This document shows, one piece after another, positions 11,777 through 25,600 of a stretch of 35,842 bases of DNA. The position numbers and the translations under genes are program-made. Source of the stretch: Sarea resinae (lineage: Eukaryota); assembly GCA_026026165.1 (NCBI GenBank), contig JAPEUD010000058.1, forward strand, positions 124,001-159,842, written 5' to 3'. Each line of letters starts with the position of its first letter. Positions within the stretch are counted from its first letter, which is position 1. The notes below the pieces were generated by a model. That model made no database searches. It saw only the letters and a list, made by a program, of their open reading frames with translations, and was not told the origin of the DNA.

Positions 11777-14700
11777 TCATTTAGCAGCGATTAACGACTT
11801 AATCAACGCAGTCGCTCTATCTAAACATTCTTGAAATTGAACGATCCCGCCAGTCGGGCCAACGATAGAGGCGGTTATCCTGTTTTAACTCCGTCAGCTT
11901 GGCATTCTTCATTTCCGCGATTCAGAAAGGGGGCCAGTCAACTTACTCTTCATCCCAGAGCGTGTAGCGGATCCAGAACGCGTTGGGATTGCTCGTGATT
12001 CGGGCGGCGTCCTTGGCCTCGTCACCTATCATGTCGGTCTGCAGCAGCATCTCTTTGGTGCGCTGGTAGACGGGGTCGCGGAAGAGGGCGGGGAGCGGTT
12101 GCTCCGCGGGCCACATGTACGACTCCAGGATCACCATCAGCGGATCGAAGTAGTGGCCACCGGCGGCCTTGTGGCCCTCGTCGGAGATCTCAGCCACGGC
12201 GCGCATAAGTAGCTCCCAGCGCTTGCTCGTGTTATTGCTGTCGTCGTCGTCATCGTCGTCGTCCCGAAACACCATGGCGTCGCAGAATTGCGTTACGGCC
12301 GGTGTGGTCGTCTGGAAGCGCTCCGCGCGGCCCTTGTGGAAGTGCGTCAGCGAGAAGGGTTCGACGGACGGCGGACTCCAGCCAAAGAAGAGCCGCGCCG
12401 CCAGCTGCATCGTCAGGCGCAACACGCCCTTGATGGGGGTGCTGTGAGCGGCGAGGAAGGACTTGCCAAACCGCGGCAGGTGCACGTAGTTGTATGTACG
12501 ATGTGCCAGCTCCTTGAAGCAATGCTGCTGGACGGTGACTATGTGGTCCTCGACCTCGCGCGTCGTTGACAGAGAGTACTCTTCTAAGGGTGGCATATTG
12601 TAGCTGTGACCGTTGGTCGCCCCGTTCGTCAGTTTCTTTACTTGGCTCTTCTCGTTGATGCGCTCCTGAATCCATTCGTTCAAACGATGGGGTGCAAGGC
12701 CGTCGATCTTCGAGTGGTCTACAAGGCAGGCTGATTTGCCGTCTGCCGAGACGGTGAACTGTAGAGTCTTGTCCAGCCAGCGATTGAAGCCTCCTCCCCA
12801 AAGGGCCTGGCGCACTTGATCCTCGTTCGTCTTAGCTTCTTCGTCATCCAGGCAGATGACAAATGCAGCTTCGTCGATGGTGCGGAAATATGCCTCGTTC
12901 TGAGCGTTTTTCGTGCGCAGCGTCTTCTTGATCTGGCGTGGACGTTAGTTATATACGAGGAGGTACTGACAAAGGCAAGAATGAGCAACAATATAAACTC
13001 ACCTCGGCCCATGAGTCCCTGTTGTCAGCTGTCAAGATCCCAGCCAGACTGGGCTTCTGCTCGCGCGTCCTGTCGATAATTGTCTCAAAGACAGACTGCA
13101 GATCTTCCTGCGAGGATCCTTGCAAGGCAATCTTGAAGACATGGCCACGGCTCAGAGCAACGCAGTAGTCGCCCGAGAACTTTTCGATTTTGTCGACAGA
13201 CGGCCTTGCCTCGTGCAGGACGTTGAAGAGCCAGTCCCATTGAGAAGCGCACGCCGGCACGCCGAACCAGAAATACGGCTCGACGGCGTTGGACTCGATA
13301 GCCTGCTTGAACCTGAAGGAGGTAGCGCAGATCAGGGCGGCCCGGGAGGCCTGGCTCTGAGGCTCAGTGCCCTGCCGGTGCGTCGAAAGAAAGATGGTGT
13401 CGATCAACATCGAGTTTCGCTGCTTTAGCCAGCGGCCCTCGGTGATGCGATCAGTAGCCCAATTCTCGCAGCTTGGGTCGTGTGCGTCGTTTCGTAGCTG
13501 AGCGTAGAGTTCGCGGGCGAGCGACCCTTCGGCGCTGAAATGATGGATCGCCGCCTTGAGACCCTCGAGTTCTTCTTGAGTCTTGGCGAAAAGGCCAATC
13601 GTGGTCAGGAACTGCCCGAGAGCTTCTTCGAACCCCGGGCCAGGCTGTCGCGGAAGGTCCTTGCTGTACCGACAACAAGCGTAGCCGTGATCCGGGGTGA
13701 CGGTCTTCCTTTCCGGGATAGTCGCAGTCGTGGCCGTGGTGGCGGGCTCTGGTGCTTCTTCTTTACTGCCTAGTGTTGATTTCTCGGCAGAGGGGCCGCT
13801 GCTACCGCTGCTTCGGACCTCGTCCCTGACAAGCTTCGATCGCGTGGCGATAACCCTAGCCAGGAAGGCCATACCCAGGGCATCTGAGATCTCCGAGGTC
13901 TGGATAGCTATCTGGAAGGTTCGGGTCATGTAATTCTTTAATTCGATGGCGACGAGGGAATCCAGGCCAAAGGCAGAGATGGGCTTGTCCAGGGCAATGT
14001 CCTCGACGGAGCGGTCCATAAACAGGGCAAATCTCTCTGTGATGGCACCCAGCACGATCTCCTCAGCTTCATCTAGCGATGCGGCCGCGGCGAGATTTTG
14101 CGAAACGTCTACCTTGTGCTTAGAGGGACCAGCGGGGGACCCTCCGTGGTCGTCGCTCAGGTACGGAACCATGCTGAAGAAGGGGTTGGAAAGCGCGAAT
14201 TCGTCGCCAATAGCCATCATAGACTTGCGGTCAAAGCCCATGATAGACTGGAAGCAGCTGTCCTCAACTGCCTGCGGGCTCATGGCGTACTCGAGAACCT
14301 TGTAAAGCTCGTCGAAATTCATCATCAGGGCGCCCATCTTGGCCAGCAGCTCCTGCTGCCCGTTGGGCACCGTCGATACCAGCTCGGAACCCTCGATGGC
14401 CCCGAGGTTGAGCGATATGAAGTGCGTCCGCGACTTACCCTTGTGCGCGAGCGCGAAGGCGTCCATGAAGGCGTTTCCCGCGGCATAATTGGATTGCCCC
14501 GTCTTGCCCAGGATAGCCGAGATGGACGACAGCGTAATGAAGAAGTCGGGCTCGGCTGACTCGAAGGCTGAATGCAGATTGATAGTGCCCTTGACCTTGG
14601 GACCCAGCGATATGTTCCAGTCATCATGCTCCATGCTTTCGAAGGGGCGGTCCCTCAGCACCGCGCCACCGTTGATGATACCCTTGACTTGGAGCGAATT

Positions 14701-17700
14701 GTCTCGGCAATATTGTGCTGCTTCTTCCACGCTGCTCCTATTCGTAATGTCACACTTGAGGATGTGGAGACGACTGCCGAATTCTTCGATTTCGCTCTCG
14801 AATGCCTTCCTGAAGGCTGGGTCCAGGTTCCGTCGCGAGAAGGTGATGATGTGGCCAGCACCGTGGTGGGCAAGAAGTCTGCAGAACTTCTTTCCGAGGT
14901 CTCCAAGGCCGCCAGCAATAATGTAGGCGCCTTTTGGGTTCAGCCTCAGGGGCGTCATGGGTGTCATGACTGCCTTGACGACCGTTTCATCGTCAGCTTC
15001 AAGGATGACCTTGCCAGTGTGCTTGCGCGTGGCGATCAGACGGAAGCTCGCCTCGATCTTGTCCATGCCCATGGGCATGAGCGGCAAGACGGGGCTGGTC
15101 ACTCCGCTGTCCATCATCTGGCACAACTTCTCCAACATGTCCTGGATCATTTGAGGCCGGGTATCGAGTAGCATCGACATGTCGACGGCTGCGAAGGTCG
15201 TAGAGCGGTCGAAGGGAACCATGCTCAGGTAATTTCTCTTGTACATGTCGGCCTTGCCGATCTCAACAAAGGTGCCGAGTGGCGCAATGCACTTCCAGCT
15301 CTCGTTGAGTGTCTCGCCGGCGATGGAGTTCAGGATGCAATCCACGCCCCTGTTCTTGGTGAGCCTCATGATACCTTCGGTAAACGTTGAGCCGCGAGAC
15401 GAGAAGATGTGGCTCTCAGGCAGGGCGTATCGATCTACTATTAGCTTCTTCTTCTCGTTGCTGCTGACGGTGGTGAAGATTTCGGCGCCAAGATGCTGTG
15501 CGATCTGAATGGCGGCCTGGCCTACACCACCCGATGCAGCATGGATGAGCACCGTCTGGCCAGGAGTCAGCCGGGCCACATTGACAAGACCGTGGTAGGC
15601 CGTCAAGAATACAAGCGGAATAGAAGCCGCCTTGGCGAAGTCGCCGTTCAGCGACTGTGGAATTACATGGGCACAGTAGCCATCGACTCGAGCCTGGCTG
15701 GCAAATGGCTCAGCACCGGTAGCCATGACCTTGTCGCCGACTCGGTACCTGTCCGCCATGTTGGATCCGACGGCGCTAACAACACCAGCGACCTCCCCTA
15801 CCATGGGCAATCCCGGGGGCATCTGACCAAGAGCAATAAAGACGTCCCTGAAGTTGACACCGTACGCGCGGGCCTTCAACTGAATCTCATCGGGGCCCAG
15901 AGGCAGCGAAGGCGTCTCGTCGTCAGCGAATCTCAGGCTGTGCAACAAGCCGGGCGAGCCGACCTCCAGCTTGAGCGGCCGTTGGAGTTGGTGGTAAGGC
16001 TGCGTCTGTAGAATGTCTTCGCCGTTCACGCGGTCGACCCAGTGGTTGAATTGTGAGTTGGCAAACACTCTTGGGATTAATACGCCGCCGCCATCAAGCA
16101 CGTCGTAGGTCAATTCAAACTCCTCGTAACGCTCCTCTGGAGACCGCGGCCAGAAGATCCGACGCGCCACCTCAAAAAGAGCGTCTGCGACATTACCGTC
16201 ATTGTCGGCCACTGGACCTTGGACGTCCAAAGTGATGAGGCGAACGCCATCATTCTCGCGCCGCACGACGCGCGCAAGTCCGCAAATCAGACCCTTGTAG
16301 GCGGCCGCAACAGTTGAGTCGTCCTCCTGAAATGTAACCCAGAATGCGTGGCGTGAAGTGCATAGGAGACGCTGGATTGCGGCGAAGCTCTCGACCGAGG
16401 GTTCGGCTAGGATGGGCGAGTTGGCACTGTCTAGAACTATGTAGACGATGTCCTCCTTGGGCTCGACGGCTTCAAGAGTTGTGGATGAGAGCTGAATTTC
16501 GTTGGTACCGAACAGGTCCTCCAGCTTCTTGAAGAGAGATGAGGTCGTCGCTGTCTGAGCGCTCGGGTTGGTCACGAATTGAACGTGGGGGCTTTTATCA
16601 GCAACGCCGTTTTCATTTGAGGATTCGTTGGCTTTGCAGACGAGGATCCCGGGGAAGGAGGGGATATCCTCAAGGCCGGTAAAAAAGGCTTGCTGGAAAG
16701 AGTCATTCCAATGCTCGGATGAGGGTAATATATGGTTGTGTTCATTGGCATCGTTGTCGGCCGTTTCCCACCAGCTGTTTCTAGAGTAAGTGCATGGGTC
16801 TATACCAAGGCCAGGAGATTGAAAATGACTTACCTCGCCCGTGTTCCAAACACAATGTTCTGTGCAGCAGTGGGCCGACGCGGCTCTGCGAGCACCATTC
16901 GGCCCCCAGGCCTCACTAATTTTCGGATGTGAGAGAGCGACTCGACGAGGGAGGCGGTCGTCGTATGGAAAAGACCGTCAGGCGCAATGACCAAGTCGTA
17001 GGTGCCTTCGTCGAATCCCTGCTCCTTAGGATCTTTGTGTATGTCGAGCGTCTTAAAAACCACAGAAGATTCCCAATCTTTGAGGGATTTCTTGGCAATA
17101 TCGACTGACTCAGCCGATGGATCTGTGTATTGGTACTGATTGAGGAGCATGCCGGAAGGTCGACTGAGCGCTTTCAACAGACGCGCTGCCGTTGCCCCGT
17201 ATTGCCCGGCATTGATCTCCAGGATGCGCATGAACGGTAGTTTGTGTGCCAGGAGTTGAATGTAATCGATGAGCCTCTCCCGGGGCACGTCGCTCAGGCC
17301 GTCCTGATAGGAAATCAACAGAGCGTCATCTGTCAGGAGTCCTGGCATGTCTGCTTCACCCGTCAGGAGACCAGCGAGATGGGGCCCGATGACGCTCAAT
17401 GCTACCGCTTCAATGTCGGTTCCCTGACCGGATCTGCAAAGAACGGCTTCCTCGTCGTCACCCGACTGGGTGCCAGTCAGTAATTCCTCAAATTGCTCGG
17501 TGGTGGCGTATGACTTCATCCATGTAAACATCTTGGCAAGGTTCGTAACGGGGGACTTGTCCCCTACGGTTTTCAAAGCGCGGCGGATGTAAATGGCCGC
17601 GACCACATCATTCACTTCATCATCGTGGGCCTTTCTAGCCTGGTTTATGAGTGGTGCGGATGAGTGATGAAGGGCCATGAAGTCGACATCGGGCTTCCAA

Positions 17701-20700
17701 TCAAGTTGGTAGTTCATGGGCCTTGGAAAGACTTTCTCCCCTTCCTTCGGAGCTTCGTCGCCGACTGCGCGCAGTTGCAAACCGTTCAAGGTCAACACAC
17801 GAACAAGGTCGCCGTTCTTTCCTGGTTGATACGTCCAGGAGTTTGCCGTCAAGGAGCGCTTGTCGTCCGGCGTGGCCTCGAGCGCTACCATTAGCTGGCC
17901 ACCCGCCTGAGTCGTCATGTCCGTGGACACGACTACTTCCTTGATGAATGTGAGCATTAAGGGCGCGTTACTGCATTCTCGCTTGAAAATCAGGATCGAG
18001 AGGTGGTTGAGGGCGTCGAAAGTCGAGGGATGGATGACATGAGGCTGCAGGTGAGGCTTCGGCATATAGCTCGCCACGTCCGGAATAGTGAGTCCGCCGT
18101 AGCCTTGACAGGGACCAGCCGCGATGTTGTTGAGTGTGGCAAAGGTAGGACCGAAGTTGTTGCCGCTGGATCGAAGAGTCGAGTAAAATCCTTCCGACGA
18201 GACGCTCTCCAGCGAAGTCTCGCGGATCCGCTGCAGCCTATCCATCTCTGCAGCAGAAGCCAACTGTGCCTCCCGGTGACCTTCAACCTCGTCCACTGAA
18301 GCAGGTACGGGCTCGGCAGAGATCAGTCCGGTGCAGTTCTCAGCCCAGGAGCCGTCATCTGCTAGGGACATGACCTTGAACATGTCCCAGGAGCCATTCT
18401 GCGTCGTCTTACTCGGGCTAAGGATAAGCTGGACCTCGACCTCTTCCACCAATCCATCCTCGCGTTCATTGGGAATCTCCAAAGCTCGAGAGAATACGAT
18501 ATCGCGGAGTACAAACTTTCCAATTGGCGCCGTGTTTCCTCGCATCTGAATAAGCTGTTTCAGGCCCTCGATTGCCATGCACATATAGCCAGTGCCAGGA
18601 AAGACGACCGTGTCATCGACAACGTGGTGCTTAAGCCATGGCAGGGCTCGGAGGTTGAGGTGATATCTCCAGCGAGGCTCGAATACCGTGCTCATAGGAT
18701 CAAACACGCCCAGCAAGTCATGGTAAGGAAATTGGCGAAGTCGGTGCTCACGGCTGAGCCTGGACTCATGCCAGTAGCATGTACCATGATCCCACGGGTA
18801 CGGAGGCAGGTTGTCAACAACATGGAACGTTCTTCCCGCTGAGCCTTCGAGGTCAAGGAGCGGCCGTACTTGCAAGGGGTAGCTCAATTCCCAGAGACTG
18901 CTGCCGCAGCGGAAGAAGGTGAGTGCGGCATCCTTATTTCTCAATAGGGGCGATTGGTACAGGTACTCGTGTGACTCGATAGATCCAAGGGTCTGGCGGA
19001 TTGGTCCACCCAGGGCCGCATGAGGGCCAATCTCGACGTAAAGGTGAAGAGAGCCACGGCTAGCTGATGTATCGCGGGCCAGAAGTTGGAGCGCCTGTGA
19101 GAAGCGTACTTGAGAGGTCAGATTTGCCGTCCAGTAGGCGGCGCCAAAGTCGTTCGTCTTCAGCTTGCCCGTCACGGAAGAATAGAAGCGGACTTCAGGA
19201 CGAGTAGAAGTAGTTTTGATCTTGCTTAGGCTCAGTAGGTAGTCATGGGCGATCTTCTCCATGTGGTGCGAGTGATATGCCACCTCTACCTGCAACTTGC
19301 GGTGAAACGTGCCTTCCGATTGAAGCTTCTCCATGATCTCATTGATGGCTGATTCGTCGCCTGATAGAGTGACACTTCCAGGGCTGTTGACACACGCTAC
19401 CCTTGCTTTCCCTGAGGTAGTGCTCTTGACTAGGGGTGTAATGGCTGCTTCACTGGCACCGACAGCCATCATGGCACCACGCGTTGGATTGGCCTTGTGC
19501 GCAAGAGCCGAGCTCAGACCTCGACGATACGAACTTATTTCAACCGACAGTCAGTAAATATAGGGCGTTGAAGCTGTAGTAGGAGCGGTGTGTCTCAACA
19601 CATACATTTCCATTGCAGCTCCTTGATCGAGCGCCCCTGCTGCATAGGCAGCCTGTAAAATCGAGTCAGTCATATTGCGCAGCGCCGTTTGTTAGAGCCA
19701 CGTCTCTCAGTGAGCACTCACCGCAATCTCTCCTGAACTATGGCCCATAACCTTGTTTGGTACCACGGACAGCTCGGCTAAGAGATCAACCAACGCAATC
19801 TGTATAGCCGTTGTCGAGGGTTGGGCCAACTCAGCTTGGTTGATACGTGACTCCTCCTTGGGCTTGGCCAATTCAGCCTCGAGACTCCAGTTGCACCCCA
19901 GGGCGCGCATGACCTCGTCGGACCTGAGGATTGAATCACGGAAGCGATGCGAGCGAGTTACCAGCTCACGCCCCATCGCGTACCACTGGGCACCCTGTCC
20001 GGTGAACACGAAGGTGAGGGATGCTGGGGGAGAACTCGGTGTCTTGCGAGGCTGGAGGTCATCCAAGGCCGCACTGAGTTCCTCGTGCGTCGAAGCTACA
20101 ACGCCAGCTCTCCATGTCAGTTGCGAGCGGCGCAGACCTAGTGTGAGAGACAGGTCTTTTAGGTCAACATGGCGACCATCGGGAGACGCGAGCCACTCAT
20201 GCAGATTGGCTGCAGTGGCCTTGATCGCTGCTTCGGATGCGGCAGAAAGGACAAAAAGACCTGGGCTAGCCTGCTCGCTCTCCCCTTTCGAAGCCCTTAT
20301 ATGGGCGCCGGCTTGACCATTTGTATGGTCGTTGACCCTATTTCCGTCTACAAGGCTTTCAGCATCATATCCATTTGTGGTCGTGCGATCCCCGTTCAGC
20401 ACATGTCCATCATAAGCTGATGAGATACCGATCCCATTGCCATTGGATAGTGTGGCCGTCCGAGGGACAACACCGGGTGTCTGCTGAGCGTCTGGTGCCG
20501 CGTCTAAGATAACATGGCAGTTGGTGCCACCGTAACCGAAACTGTTCACGGACACCCGTCGGGGGCCCGAATAGCCCAGCGGAGCCAGTGGAGTCAGGCC
20601 TCGAGCAATCTGGTATCATGCTCAACAGGTTAGCCACCTCGTTCTTTCTTTTGTGCGAAGCGTATGTGCCATCAATCCTCAATCGTGCGTCCAACCCTAG

Positions 20701-22311
20701 CTCACCTTGATTTTGCTCCCTTCCGAGAGTAAACTTGGCTTTGGCGTGATGAGGCCCGCGTGAGGAGGGATCAGGCCCTTCTTGAGTACAAGGATACCCT
20801 TGATCAGACCAGCGACTCCAGACGCTGCTTCGAGATGGCCTATATTCGCTTTGACGGAACCTACGTAGAGGTCTGATTCTCGATTTCTTTGCTCGCAGAA
20901 GACCTTTGAGATGGACGCGAATTCCGCCTTGTCACCTACTTCGAATTAGATTTGCCAACAGAAGATGACAATGTAAGCAGAAACAAGGGATTACTAGGAG
21001 TGAGAATACACGTGTGGGTAAATAAGGAAGATGAAGAGTGGTTGGTGGCAGAGATGAGCGCCGATGCGACACGAAGAACCTTTATTTATCTGCCTTACCA
21101 GCTTGAGTTCCCTGTTTCCCAAGTCAGTGCTCTTGGAAGATTCGTGCTCAATGTTTGGAGTACTTTAGCTTACTGTTCCGTGAGCCTCAACGTACAACGT
21201 GTCGTTGGGGTCAAGACCTGCACTTGTATAGACAGATTCTATCACATCTGATTGTGCTTCTGAGTTGGGAAGGGAAATTCCCGCGGTGCGGCCGTCCTGA
21301 TTTAAAGCAGTATTCTGGATAACGGCGTGGATCGGATCACCATCCTCGATGGCGTGTTTCAGGAGCTTGATCACCACGGTTCCAACGCCTTCTCCTCGTG
21401 CGTAGCCCGAGCCACGGGAGTCGAAAACGTAGCATTTCCCGTCCGGGTTGATCATACTAGCGAGCTACGTCAGCACGGCAACCGCCTAAACGTCACGCGG
21501 AAGAGCATGCCCAACTTGGCTCATTGCTATCGTCTGATCCGGGTGGAGGAGTAGCTCCGTGCCCCCTACCACAGCAATTCTCGATGCGCCGCTCTTGAGG
21601 GTGAGACACGCCTGGTGCAACGCTACCATACTCCCCGACTGATCGATATTAGCCGTGCTTCTCGATGCGGTCCGATTGATTGCACTTACACAGCCAGTAT
21701 CAATCGTCATCGAAGCCCCCTTCAGGTCCAGCAGATAGGAAATTCGGTTGGAAAGAACGGCTTCGCCGGCTCCAGTGGTATGCCCTTTCGTGAGCAGCGG
21801 TACATCCTTATAACCCATGCGGTCATAGTCTCGACCGTAGACAGCGACAAAAACGGACGTATCTGAGCCCTCGAGATCCTCAAGCCTCAGGCCTGCGTTC
21901 TCGAGAGCCTCATAGGTGGTCTCGAGGATGATGCGCTGCTGGGGGTCCATCGTGTGCGCCTCGTAAGACCGGACCTCGAAGAAGCGGGCATCGAACGCCC
22001 GTATATCCTCGGACAGAAAGTAGAAATTCTTGGAGTTGATCGACTCCTTGGCCTCCTGGTCCGGGTTATAGAAGGCGTCGGCGTTCCACCGATCAGGAGG
22101 GACCGGGCCACCAGCATCTCGGCCGTTGCTCAAGAGATCCCAGAGCTGCTGTGGGCTGGCCACTCCTCCGGGGAGGCGGCATCCCACTACAGAATACGAC
22201 GTCAGCAATTGCCTGATCATGAGGTAGACTCCCTTCAAGCAAATCGACAAGAGAGATTGAAACGCATCTAAGGGATCACATACTGCCAATGACTGCAATA
22301 GGCTCCGACAT
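11777..22311 (-). CDS. Highly reducing iterative type I PKS with C-terminal carnitine O-acyltransferase domain (KS-AT-DH-degenerate MT-ER-KR-ACP-cAT)
   Basis: Start MSEPIAVIG at 22311. [63 protein letters not shown]-like: [47 protein letters not shown]. c[32 protein letters not shown]. Every intron junction I checked keeps the frame. The last exon ends ...KSLIAAK* at 11777. Confidence 0.95.
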
Positions 22312-23699
22312 GGTGATCCAAGTCGGTCAGCTCCGGACACTACGTCCTTCCGTGAGAAGTTCAAGTCGGGGCGAGACGAGGAGTCGGGGCGAACAAGGCG
22401 TAGAATTTCAACGAGGCAAACGAGGGTGGGAGGTTGATGCCGCTGAGGTTTTCCCGGACGACCACCGCCGTACAGTTATAGAAGACGCTCAGCTCGACAT
22501 CTCGAGCGTTGGTCTTTTGCCCGGCATCGCGGTTCTCATCTCGCACGCCCACGACCATTTCATGTGTATCTCTTGCCCCCACACCCTTTCCAACTCACAG
22601 GCCACATTCGTCCATGGCAATATCTCTTCCCGCTCTCGATCTTGTTGGCTTTCTCTCCGCCCCGACGATTCCTCTAAAGCCGTTTGTGAAACCTTTGATG
22701 CTGGAAGCATGTGACCCGATGTCCGGGTCATGAGAAGCATGAGAAGCATGAGGAGCATAGCTCGGCCGTATTGCCCCGTCTGCGTCTGCATCTCATGCTA
22801 CGATAACAGGAATGGTCTTTCCAGTGCGAATGCCGTACCAATGCAGGCTACGTGCCGATTGCGTGCATTTCCACGCTCTTTTCCCTCGTCGTTGATCCAA
22901 TTGATCATTGCCCCTCGATTATTTTGCATACGAGGATCACAAACCTTGCCAAGAACAGGGTTCATGTACAGAGGACCGACTCGCCAGGGGCCAGGGGCCT
23001 GTTGGTAACTCCCTGCAGGGTAATTGTCAGTCCGTTGTCACCTTCCGATTGCTGCTTGCTCGATAGGGTCTGCGTGGTTCGAAGGATGAAGGATCAAGGG
23101 GACCGGTGGTGGGGGCCGTGATGTGGCTTGCCTGTTTGAGGCGGCGGATAAGGCGTCGACGGCTCCAAAACCGCCAACGTGACTAGTAGGGTTCACACGG
23201 TCGAACGATCGACCGCTTACATGCATAATCGAGTGACCGTACGATGGTGCCGAGGCTTGCCAAAGCTGGTTATCTCGCTGCGCCGTACAGTACGTGTACT
23301 TCGCTTTTCGAACCTCGTACTCGCCGGACAAGGGTCGAGATACGGCGACAATGTACGTAGAAGTGAAAGACGATGAACCCGACCGTAAGGGTTCGAATGG
23401 GACGGACTCGCTCGGTAGTGCACGACAGCCGCTCGACCACGCGCAGACAGGGTTCCGAGGCCCCCCTCCTGGCGACGGGGAATCGTGGGATGAGGCCGAT
23501 AATTGATTATCTCTTATCAATTATCTTCGACCTATCATCCCGCATCCAACATCCAGTGCCCATCGTCGGTCGTATTGGCAAGGTCTATAAGACGACAACG
23601 GCACACGTTGCGTCCTGATCAAACCTTTGTTTTCCCATCGGCACGCGCGCCCGGCATCCTCCCCCGTCATCTTCACTCCCGTCCTCATTTGATCAGAGC
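22312..23699. promoter_or_regulatory. Divergent intergenic region shared by the PKS and the MFS transporter
   Basis: The ATGs at 22311 (-) and 23700 (+) are head-to-head. A TATA-like CTATAAG lies at ~23584 with a pyrimidine-rich tract before the MFS start. No specific transcription-factor site was identified. Confidence 0.5.
22729..22758. repeat. 9-bp tandem repeat (CATGAGAAG) x~3.3
   Basis: Sequence reads catgagaag catgagaag catgaggag cat. Confidence 0.8.
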
Positions 23700-25600
23700 A
23701 TGATGGCCTCATCCCTAGCCGCCGACGATGATGGTGTCAAAGTAGACACTCCTCGTCATGTCACGAGCGAGACCGCCAGCCAAGGGGCGCCAGAGGACAG
23801 GGATGCAGTGCCGACGCACGAATTCCTCACAGGAGCCAGGCTACATTGGGTCTCGACCGCGTTTGGCATCGCCAACATCATGGTCGCCCTGGACAGCAGC
23901 GTCCTCGGTGAGTGACGCACCAACCCCCGACCATCCAAGCATCGTTTCTGATCGGCCTCTCTAGCGGCAGCACTGCCCACGATCAGCTCCGACCTGGGAT
24001 CCACCAGCGATCTGGGTTGGTACGGCAGCGCCTATCTGCTCGCACAGATGGCCTCGCAGCCCATCTGGGGTAAGATCTACACCTGCTTCGAGCCGAAACG
24101 CACCTACCTCGTGGCCCTACTCATCTTCGGTCTGGGCTCCATCGTCTGTGCCGTCGCGCCCGTGTCCGCGTGTCTGATCCTGGGCCGTGCCGTGACAGGC
24201 CTGGCGGCGTCCGGGCTGTTGGCCGGGAGTCTGTAAGTGGTCCATCTCCTCGATGCGTACGCCGGACGGCGGGTCTCCAATCTGACGACGGACACTAGGG
24301 CCATCTTTGGCCGGGTGGTTCCCCTCCGGCAACGACCTCAAGGCATGGCGTTGATGGTCAGTATCAGCAACATCGCATCGATGCTGGGAAGCACCGTTGG
24401 TGGCGTCTTGACGGACTCCGTGCTAACGTGGAGGTTCTGCTTTTGGATCAACGTCCGTTCGTGTCCTTGGAGTCGCTCCGAGTCCTTGGTGATGCTGATC
24501 CTGTTGAACAGCACTCGGACTAGGTTGTGCCGTTGTCGTCGCGTACATCCTTGAGCGAAAGCCCCACCCGGACCACAAACTCTCGCTCGGCCGCAAATTG
24601 CAGAGAGTCGATCCCGTTAGCTTCGCCCTCCTGTCAGCAAGCTTGACGTGCTTGTTCCTGGCCTTTCAATGGGGAGGCTTGTCGGTTCCCTGGTCGAACT
24701 CGAAAGCGTGGGGTTGCTTGTTGGGTTTTGGTCTCCTGGCTATCGTCTTCATCATCGTTCAAGCATATCAGGGCGACAAGTAAGTGCTATGTGCATGCCT
24801 CGTCGGTGCCTGTTGCGATGCTAATGCGCGACGCTAGGGCGGTCATCAACCTGAAGTTTATGCGTGAACGGACGATTGCCGTTTGTTACATCTTCTCCTT
24901 CTGCTACGGTCTGGCTATCTCCACGCACCAATGGATGCTGCCAACGTATCTACAAGGTATTCAGTCCACCTCGGCCGCCCTCTCTGGCGTGATCTGCTTG
25001 GCATTCTCCATCCCCATGGCCATCTTCGGGCTATCGACAGGCTTCCTGACGACACGGTTCGGCTACTACGTTCCATTCATGTGGGTGGGTTCGTTGCTGT
25101 ATGTCGCCGGGAGTGTGCTCCTCTACGAGCTCAAAGCAGACAGCAGCCCGGGCAGGTACGTCGGATACCAAATCCTAGCCGGTGCGGGGTGCGGCATGGC
25201 GATCCAGGTCACCTTCATCGCGGTCCAAGTCGTGGTGTCGCCGGATGACATGGCCCACGCGTGCAACATGGAGGTCTTGTTCCGCCAGCTCGGAAGCTCC
25301 ATCGCCATCAGCCTGGCCGAGAACATCTTCTTGTCCAGTGTCAGCGCCCCACTCGAAAAGATTGTGCCGCAAGACAGCGCCACCATATTGTCCGCGGGCA
25401 TTCGCAAATTCGTGCACCTCGCCAAGAAACTGCCTTTCCAGGAACAGCTCGAGGTCAAGGGTCTGTTGGATCATGGCATTACGCGGGCGTTTATCCTACC
25501 CCTCGTGGCAACCTCGGCTGCAGCAATCGTGAGCTGGGGGATGGAATGGAGAACGATCAATGATGACCGCGTAGCAGCACCTCCTATCGAGATGGGTTGA
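23700..25600 (+). CDS. MFS DHA2-type (14-TM) toxin/drug efflux pump; 5 exons
   Basis: Motifs: ALDSSVL, ALPTISSD, WYGSAYLL, QPIWGKIY, LILGRAVTG, WRFCFWINVP, FLAFQWGG and RFGYYVPFM. Four canonical introns. Confidence 0.92.

Noticed and set aside
18595..18632. Inactive DH domain, because HxxxGxxxxP has D in place of G
   Set aside because: The catalytic His and the downstream Asp (HPSTFD) are present, and the Gly position varies in fungal HR-PKSs.
12169..22271. Many plus-strand and alternate-frame ORFs over the PKS
   Set aside because: Shadow ORFs of GC-rich coding sequence.
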